From contig CAXXHB010000003.1 of the NCBI GenBank assembly GCA_963664815.2, positions 3,392,001 to 3,456,000 of the forward strand: a DNA stretch of 64,000 bases, read 5' to 3'. Source of the DNA: Spirochaetota bacterium (lineage in GTDB: Bacteria > Spirochaetota > UBA4802 > UBA5550). The translations under genes and the position numbers were made by a program. This document shows positions 57,548 through 64,000 of the stretch, piece by piece (within the stretch, counting starts at the first letter, position 1; every line of letters begins with the position of its first letter). The notes below the pieces were generated by a model that was not told where the DNA came from, searched no databases, and worked only from the letters and a program-made list of their open reading frames with translations.

Positions 57548-59104
57548 TCACCTGGCCAGAATGCACTTGCGTCTGGCAATAATAACTGAAGGCTCCTTGG
57601 CCGCAATCTCTTCCACTATCACTTTTTCAAGCAGCTCGACATCCCTCGGGTCTACTACAACAACACGGTTTACTCCGCATGCCCTGACGACCATTTCCAG
57701 ATTCAGTTCATATGTAGGTTCACCCATAAGGGTTAATCCTGTTGCAGGATTATCCTGATGTCCTGTCATCGCTGTAATTCTGTTATCAAGTATCATCACA
57801 GTACCTGTTCCCTTGTTATAGACAAGGTCGATTAACCCGGTAATACCTGAATGCATAAATGTCGAGTCTCCGATAACGGCAATGGAGTTTCTCGCCATCT
57901 CGTCACCTCTGGCTTTTTCAAAACCAAGGTGCATCCCGATACTTGCACCCATGCATCCCTGTGAATGCATTGCAGAGTATGGAGGGAGAACTCCAAGAGT
58001 ATAACAGCCGATATCCCCATTTACCACATAATTATGTTTTTTCAGTATATTGAATACAAATGCATGCGGACATCCCTTGCAGAGTCCGGGAGGTCTTCCC
58101 GGAAGATCACCGGTGTATGGAGGGACTGCCTTAACGGCCTCTTTTTTATTAAGGGCAAGATCAACTATCTCCGGTGTCAGCTCACCGCAGATAGGGATTA
58201 TATCCTTGCCAACAACTTTTATTCCCAGTGCTTTTACATAATCTTCGATGAAAGGATCCAGCTCTTCCACGACATAAAGTTCCTCAATCTGCGATGCAAA
58301 CTCTTTAATAAGTTTATCCGGAAGAGGCCAGACCATTCCGATTTTAAGCACGGAATCATCCGGACATGTTTCTCTTACATACTGATAAGCTACGCCGTTT
58401 GAGATTATTCCGCGTTTCTTATTTCTCCACTCTATACGATTAAGACCTGAATCATTAGAGTAATCCTTGAGCTTTAAATGCTGCTGCTCAATGAATACAT
58501 GCCGCGGCCTGGCATGAGCGGGAATCATTACATATTTTTTCGGATCACGATTGAAGTCTTTAAGCGGCACTTCTGTCCTCTCCCCGGTTTCAACAATCGC
58601 CTGCGAGTGTGCGATTCTTGTCGTTATTCTTACAAGTACAGGCCTGTCATATTTCTCAGATATTTCAAACGCAATCTTCGTGAATTCTCTTGCTTCAGCC
58701 GGTCCGGAAGGATCAAGCATCGGCAGTTTTGCAGCGCGGGCTATATGCCTGTTATCCTGCTCGTTCTGCGAACTCCATGCCCCCGGATCATCGGCATTTA
58801 TAATAACCAGCCCGGCATTTACTCCGGTATATGAAAAAGTAAAAAGCGGATCGGCTGCCACATTAAGCCCGACATGTTTCATCGTAGCGAGCGATCTGGC
58901 GCCCGCAATAGACGCACCTGCAACTACCTCAAGAGCAACCTTTTCATTTGGCGACCACTGGGCTTTAATTTCCCCGTAGTCCCTGGCTATAGTTTCAAGA
59001 ACCTCGGTACTAGGTGTTCCGGGGTAACCAGCCGCCACTCTGCAACCTGCCTCCCATGCGCCGCGGGCAATTGCTTCATTCCCCAACATTACTTTAGAAG
59101 TCAT
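57548..59104 (-). CDS. iorA: Indolepyruvate:ferredoxin oxidoreductase alpha subunit
   Basis: GYPGTPSTE, MKHVGLNVAAD, CKGCPH, GDIGCYTL, GDSTFMHSG. Confidence 0.93.
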   Translation of the reverse strand: MTSKVMLGNEAIARGAWEAGCRVAAGYPGTPSTEVLETIARDYGEIKAQWSPNEKVALEVVAGASIAGARSLATMKHVGLNVAADPLFTFSYTGVNAGLVIINADDPGAWSSQNEQDNRHIARAAKLPMLDPSGPAEAREFTKIAFEISEKYDRPVLVRITTRIAHSQAIVETGERTEVPLKDFNRDPKKYVMIPAHARPRHVFIEQQHLKLKDYSNDSGLNRIEWRNKKRGIISNGVAYQYVRETCPDDSVLKIGMVWPLPDKLIKEFASQIEELYVVEELDPFIEDYVKALGIKVVGKDIIPICGELTPEIVDLALNKKEAVKAVPPYTGDLPGRPPGLCKGCPHAFVFNILKKHNYVVNGDIGCYTLGVLPPYSAMHSQGCMGASIGMHLGFEKARGDEMARNSIAVIGDSTFMHSGITGLIDLVYNKGTGTVMILDNRITAMTGHQDNPATGLTLMGEPTYELNLEMVVRACGVNRVVVVDPRDVELLEKVIVEEIAAKEPSVIIARRKCILAR

Positions 59105-59538
59105 TTATTTTCTCCAATTATATCAATCTTTCTTACTATATTATATCCCTTATCTTTGAGAGCTGTTTTTGCAGATTCAACATCTTCAAACCTGAAGATC
59201 ATTACAGCCTTACCGTCACGTTTTTCGGTAAACGCATACATATACTCTATGTTAAGATTCATCTGCGCAAAAACATCCAGAGCATTATACAGCGATCCGG
59301 GAGTGTCTTCAATCTCAAGAGCAAGAACATCGGTCACCGATGAAGTAATATTATTCTCTTTTAACACCCTGTATCCTTTATCTGGATCATTTACAATCAT
59401 TCTGAGAATTCCAAAATCCAGTGTTTCAGCGATGGTCAGTGTGATAATATTTATATTCTCATCAGCCAAAACTTTGAGAACCTTCTGAAGATGCCCCGGT
59501 TTATTCGCCACAAAGGCTGAAAGCTGTGTTACATTCAT
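59101..59538 (-). CDS. ACT-domain pair protein
   Basis: QLSAFVANKPG, DFGILRMIV, NIEYMYAF. Confidence 0.88.
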   Translation of the reverse strand: MNVTQLSAFVANKPGHLQKVLKVLADENINIITLTIAETLDFGILRMIVNDPDKGYRVLKENNITSSVTDVLALEIEDTPGSLYNALDVFAQMNLNIEYMYAFTEKRDGKAVMIFRFEDVESAKTALKDKGYNIVRKIDIIGENK

Positions 59539-59550
59539 GCAGTTTCTCCT

Positions 59551-60852
59551 TTAAATTTTTCTTTTATCAATAACCCTGACTGCCTTGCTTTCACTTCTTG
59601 GTATAGTCTGAGGCTCAACCAGAGTAATCTTCGCGGATATTCCAAGCGAACTTCTGAAACGATCGGCTATGTTTTTCGAGAGATTATTCATAACCTTGAT
59701 TTCATCAGAAAAAATCTTTTCATTCACTTCAACCATAACCTCAATATCATCCAGAGAACCTTTCCTGTCGACGATTATCTGGTAGTGCGGTTCGGTCCCT
59801 TCAAATCCCATAAGTACAGACTCTATCTGGCTCGGGAAAACATTTACACCCCTTATAATCAGCATATCATCCGACCTGCCTGAAACCTTATCCATTTTAA
59901 CAAGAGTCCGTCCGCATCTGCAGCTGTCATGGTACAGCCTTGTAATGTCACGGGATCTGTACCTTATTCCGGGGAAAGCCTCCTTGGTCAGCGATGTATA
60001 GACAATCTCACCCTTTTCACCCTCCGGCAGCACCTCTCCCGTTTCGGGATTTATTATTTCAACATAAAAATGATCCTCCCAGACATGCAGCCCTTTTTTC
60101 TCTGAACACTCCGCTGATACTCCGGGTCCAATAACCTCGCTGAGTCCATATATGTCAAAGGCGTTGATTTTAAGCCGGCGTTCAATTTCTTTTCTCATCT
60201 CCTCAGTCCATGGTTCTGCTCCGAAAACCCCGATTCTGAGTCTGGTTGATTCAATTTTAAAATCAGGCATATTCTTTTCGATAAAATCAGCTATATTAAG
60301 CGCATATGAAGGGGTTGAACAGAATACAGTTGTGCCGAAATCCTTCATCAGCATAAGCTGCCTCGGTGTATTACCACCCGACATCGGAACAGTAAGCGCT
60401 CCCAGTTTTTCAGAACCATAATGAAGTCCCAACCCCCCCGTAAAGAGTCCATATCCATAAGCAATCTGAATTATATCGTTTTCGCTGACACCGTAGGAAA
60501 CCAGACTTCTTGCTACAACCTCGGCAAAGACATTAACATCATTCTTCGTGTATCCGACAACAGTGGCATTACCGGTAGTTCCGGAAGATGCATGAACGCG
60601 AACTACTTTACTCAGCGGAACCGCAAATAATCCATAGGGATAGTTGTCCCTCATGTCCTGTTTTGTGAGGAAAGGAACTCTTTTCATATCTTCAAGCGAT
60701 TTAAACTGGTCCGGATGAAAACCGGCCGCTTCGAATTTCTTTTTATAAAAAGGAACATTATCATAGGCATGTCTCAACGACCACTTAAGCCTCTCAAGCT
60801 GAAGCTCCTTCATTTTATTAACCGGCATTGTTTCAATTTCTCTGTTAAACAT
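59551..60852 (-). CDS. paaK: Phenylacetate-CoA ligase
   Basis: [38 protein letters not shown]. Confidence 0.93.
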   Translation of the reverse strand: MFNREIETMPVNKMKELQLERLKWSLRHAYDNVPFYKKKFEAAGFHPDQFKSLEDMKRVPFLTKQDMRDNYPYGLFAVPLSKVVRVHASSGTTGNATVVGYTKNDVNVFAEVVARSLVSYGVSENDIIQIAYGYGLFTGGLGLHYGSEKLGALTVPMSGGNTPRQLMLMKDFGTTVFCSTPSYALNIADFIEKNMPDFKIESTRLRIGVFGAEPWTEEMRKEIERRLKINAFDIYGLSEVIGPGVSAECSEKKGLHVWEDHFYVEIINPETGEVLPEGEKGEIVYTSLTKEAFPGIRYRSRDITRLYHDSCRCGRTLVKMDKVSGRSDDMLIIRGVNVFPSQIESVLMGFEGTEPHYQIIVDRKGSLDDIEVMVEVNEKIFSDEIKVMNNLSKNIADRFRSSLGISAKITLVEPQTIPRSESKAVRVIDKRKI

Positions 60853-61278
60853 CTCCCTACCCTCATCTTAAGAATACATTATTTTCACTATTTTTATTTT
60901 GTGTTAATTAATCAAATGTTATTTATTTTTTGTTCATCTATTTTTTACTTAAATTTTTGCCTTTATGCTCAAATAAACAATACACTCATAAGTATTATAA
61001 AATCTTTATAAACCTGTCCACTTCAGTATCAAAATTACATTATAACCCGGATTTTTATTGTCCGGTATGCCGGGCTTGAAACATCTCCGGCTTCACTATT
61101 CCTTTAATAGCTCTTTATACCATACACAACACAGTAAATTGTTCTGAAAGCAGCATATTAAAATATTGCAGTTTTTTTATAGACGTAAAAAAGGCGATAT
61201 GTAATTTGTTGCATATGACAATTTCCTGACTTTTTCGGAAAGTGAATTCAAAATATATCTTACAAAAGGAGATAAAAA

Positions 61279-62100
61279 ATGCCGCTATTTACAATAGACG
61301 CCGGTAAATGCAACAGGGATAAGCTCTGCGTACTGGAATGTCCCATGCAGATAATAAAGATGAAAAACGATACAGATGTTCCTGAACTCGCCGAGGGTGC
61401 AGAAAAGGCATGTATCAGCTGCGGACACTGCGTAGCAGTATGCCCCACAGGAGCATTCAGCCATTCAACGATGAAAGCAGAGGATTGTGAAGCAGTAAAT
61501 CCCGGCTGGAATCCCGGTGAAACAATAATTAAAAACTATATGAAAGCAAGAAGATCCATAAGAAAATATAAGAAAACCGAGGTTGAAAAAGAGAAACTGA
61601 CCTCTCTTCTGGAGATGGCTGCATATGCTCCATCAGGTCACAATTCACGTCCGGTAAACTGGACAGTAATTCAGGGCAGGGAAAAAGTAAAGGAGATAGC
61701 CCTGATCGTTATTGACTGGATGAAACAGATGAGAGCAGAAAATCCGGAGCAGGCTAAAATGTGGAGCCTTGACATGATAACTGATGCCTGGGATATGGGG
61801 ATGGATATCGTCACAAGGGACGCCCCGGCACTCATTCTGGTTCACGGGAAAAAGTCGGATCCGAATTCATCAACGGCATGTATAGTTGCTCTGTCTCATC
61901 TTGAACTGGCTGCTCCGTCTCTTGGTCTTGGATGCTGCTGGGCCGGATATATAACCTGGTGCGCTTCAATGTATAAACCACTCGCAGATAAACTTGAACT
62001 CCCGAAGGGCCATGCGCTTTTCGGAACAGTCTTTACCGGATACCCTCTGTTTAAATACCACAGGATACCGAAAAGAGAATCTGTAGTATTCTGGAAATAA
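61279..62100 (+). CDS. Nitroreductase with N-terminal 4Fe-4S ferredoxin domain
   Basis: CNRDKLC..CP, CISCGHCVAVCP, RRSIRKY, APSGHN, GLGCCWAG. Confidence 0.9.
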   Translation: MPLFTIDAGKCNRDKLCVLECPMQIIKMKNDTDVPELAEGAEKACISCGHCVAVCPTGAFSHSTMKAEDCEAVNPGWNPGETIIKNYMKARRSIRKYKKTEVEKEKLTSLLEMAAYAPSGHNSRPVNWTVIQGREKVKEIALIVIDWMKQMRAENPEQAKMWSLDMITDAWDMGMDIVTRDAPALILVHGKKSDPNSSTACIVALSHLELAAPSLGLGCCWAGYITWCASMYKPLADKLELPKGHALFGTVFTGYPLFKYHRIPKRESVVFWK

Positions 62101-62107
62101 TTTCTCC

Positions 62108-62132
62108 AACCTTCCCTGCTGCAGGGAAGGTT
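62108..62132. terminator. Hairpin between convergent nitroreductase and nifS
   Basis: aaccttccctg-ctg-cagggaaggtt. Confidence 0.6.
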
Positions 62133-62137
62133 ACTCC

Positions 62138-63325
62138 TCAGTCTGTTATCTTGCCCTCCTGCTTTTCATTATCCCAGAACGGTGATATTTTAAGCAGGGT
62201 ATCTATTACACCCGGAAGTACTTTCAGAGTGTAATCAATCTCTTCCTCGGTTGTATACCGGCTCAAACTGAACCTTATCGATCCGTGTATTTTAGAAAAA
62301 GGGAGATTCATTCCGCGAAGTACATGGGATGGCTCCAGCGAACCGCTTGAGCATGCGGACCCTGTTGAGATATAAACTCCCTCCCTGTCAAGATAAAGAA
62401 GAATGGATTCCCCTTCAATAAACTCAAATGATATATTAAGAGTATTCGGTGTCCGCGGAGCTTTAAGGCCGTTCACCGTTGATGTTTTTACAGTTTTAAG
62501 AATATTTTCCTGCAGCTTATCCCTGAGCCTTGCCACAGAGGGCATATCCTTCAGATGTTCGAGCGCCATCTCGGCGGCTTTTCCCATCCCTACAATTCCC
62601 GGTATATTTTCTGTCCCCGGGCGTCTCCCCTTCTCCTGGTGCCCCCCGAAAATCATCGGTCTCATCCTTGAGCCTTTCTTCACATAAAGCGCTCCGATAC
62701 CCTTCGGGCCGTGGAATTTATGTGCGGAGATTGAATAGAGGTCACAGTTGAGTTTCATCACATCCACCGGAATTTTTCCCGCCGCCTGCACCCCGTCTAT
62801 ATGGAAAATTACACCCTTCCCTTTCAGGAACGCCCCGATCTCCTCAACCGGCATAATAACGCCGGTTTCATTGTTCGCATGCATTATTGACACAATTGCG
62901 GTCTCTTCTGTCACGGAATTCTTTAAATACTGAAGATCCAGAATTCCGTCACGGTTTACCGGGACATAAGTTACTTTATATCCCTCCTTCTCAAGCTGTT
63001 TGCAGAGATTCAGCACAGCGGGGTGTTCCACGGTAGATGTTATTACATGTTTTTTATCACGATAATATGATGTTATCCCGCGTATTGCCAGATTGTCGCT
63101 TTCAGTGGCGCTCCCGGTAAAAGTAATCTCAAAATCATTCTCGGCGCCGAGAAGCTGTGCAACCTGATGCCGTGCATTCTCCATATCCTTTGCCACAAGT
63201 CCGCCAAAAGTATGCATGCTCGATGCATTGCCATAGCTGTTTTTATAAAAAGGGAGCATGGCTTCAAGAACTTCAGGCGCAACCATTGTTGTGGCGTTAT
63301 TATCAAGATAGACATCTCTTCCCAT
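62138..63325 (-). CDS. nifS: Cysteine desulfurase
   Basis: YLDNNATT, SAHKFHGPKG, STGSACSS. Confidence 0.93.
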   Translation of the reverse strand: MGRDVYLDNNATTMVAPEVLEAMLPFYKNSYGNASSMHTFGGLVAKDMENARHQVAQLLGAENDFEITFTGSATESDNLAIRGITSYYRDKKHVITSTVEHPAVLNLCKQLEKEGYKVTYVPVNRDGILDLQYLKNSVTEETAIVSIMHANNETGVIMPVEEIGAFLKGKGVIFHIDGVQAAGKIPVDVMKLNCDLYSISAHKFHGPKGIGALYVKKGSRMRPMIFGGHQEKGRRPGTENIPGIVGMGKAAEMALEHLKDMPSVARLRDKLQENILKTVKTSTVNGLKAPRTPNTLNISFEFIEGESILLYLDREGVYISTGSACSSGSLEPSHVLRGMNLPFSKIHGSIRFSLSRYTTEEEIDYTLKVLPGVIDTLLKISPFWDNEKQEGKITD

Positions 63326-63334
63326 ATATTTCAC

Positions 63335-64000
63335 CTACACATGTTTAATAACTATATTTTTTGACACTGTCTTGCGCAGTTCTTCCTGTACAAAATTTTC
63401 AAGAGTCATTGATGCGGTCATGCAGTGAGAACATGCCCCCATAAGGCGCACAGAGACCTCATCGCCATTGATATCAACAAGTTCAATATCTCCTCCATCA
63501 CGCTTGAGTCCCGGCCTGATGACATTATTGATTGCGTCTTCGATTTTTTTTATCTTCTGAAGATTGGTCAGAGGCTCGCTGCAGCATCTGTCGGATTTTG
63601 TACTACACCTTCCCTTCTCCTCTTCTATTATATCCTCTATTTTAGGAATACATGTGCCGCAGACAGAGCCTGCACCCAGGAGTTCCATGATATCATCAAC
63701 ATTCATCAGCCCCTTTTCATGCACAGCTTCACGTATTTCAACATCGGTAATGTTCATGCAGTGACAAATTATCTCGCCGGATGGTTCATCCTCTACCGGA
63801 GGCTTTTCACCCCTGTAGTCAGCTATTGCATTGGTAAGAGCCTCGGATCCCATAACAGAACAGTGAATTTTCTGATCAGGGAGCCCTCCGAGATAATCGA
63901 CTATATCCCTGTTTGTTATACTCTCAGCCTCTTCAATAGTTTTCCCTTTGATCATTTCGGTAAGCGCAGAAGAAGACGCTATAGCACTTCCGCATCCAAA
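63335..64000 (-). CDS. nifU: Fe-S scaffold NifU (5' end outside the window)
   Basis: Frame open to the window edge (FGCGSAIASSSALTEM); KIHCS, CHC..CGTC, DGGD..GACSHC. Confidence 0.92.
   Translation of the reverse strand, partial: FGCGSAIASSSALTEMIKGKTIEEAESITNRDIVDYLGGLPDQKIHCSVMGSEALTNAIADYRGEKPPVEDEPSGEIICHCMNITDVEIREAVHEKGLMNVDDIMELLGAGSVCGTCIPKIEDIIEEEKGRCSTKSDRCCSEPLTNLQKIKKIEDAINNVIRPGLKRDGGDIELVDINGDEVSVRLMGACSHCMTASMTLENFVQEELRKTVSKNIVIKHV

Noticed and set aside
1-64000. Many short ORFs in the supplied track (e.g. 25493..26047, 58874..59488, 18073..18549, 13422..13901)
   Set aside because: They lie antisense or out of frame inside well-supported genes and have no recognisable motifs; treated as shadow ORFs
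62138-64000. nifSU as evidence of nitrogen fixation
   Set aside because: NifSU serves as the general Fe-S assembly system in many anaerobes, and no nifHDK is in the window

Overview
A 64 kb stretch of AT-rich chromosome from an anaerobic diderm bacterium. The gene repertoire looks Spirochaetota-like (inference only). I found no transposase, integrase, phage gene or CRISPR array. Most of the window is housekeeping or metabolic: lysC, lysA, argD, dinB, mtgA, paaK-ACT-iorAB, nifSU, a YchF-like gene, tRNA-Asp, acyl-CoA dehydrogenases and CoA transferases, and an Rrf2-controlled flavoprotein cluster. The most unusual element is a four-gene cassette at 317-4130: a stand-alone outer-membrane beta-barrel, an ECF sigma factor, a membrane-spanning anti-sigma-like protein, and an exported caspase-family protease fused to a paralog of the same barrel. 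The tetrapeptide RIKG occurs both in the caspase loop just after the catalytic Cys and in the anti-sigma juxtamembrane linker, which suggests a caspase-driven trans-envelope signalling circuit. Several regulatory signals can be read directly from the DNA: twin ECF-type promoters before a TolC-RND pair that has no adaptor gene, four TGTAA-N9-TTACA Rrf2 operators, and 24-bp-phased motif arrays upstream of two acyl-CoA genes next to a NarL-type two-component system. All family assignments come from motif recognition by eye; no database searches were run.
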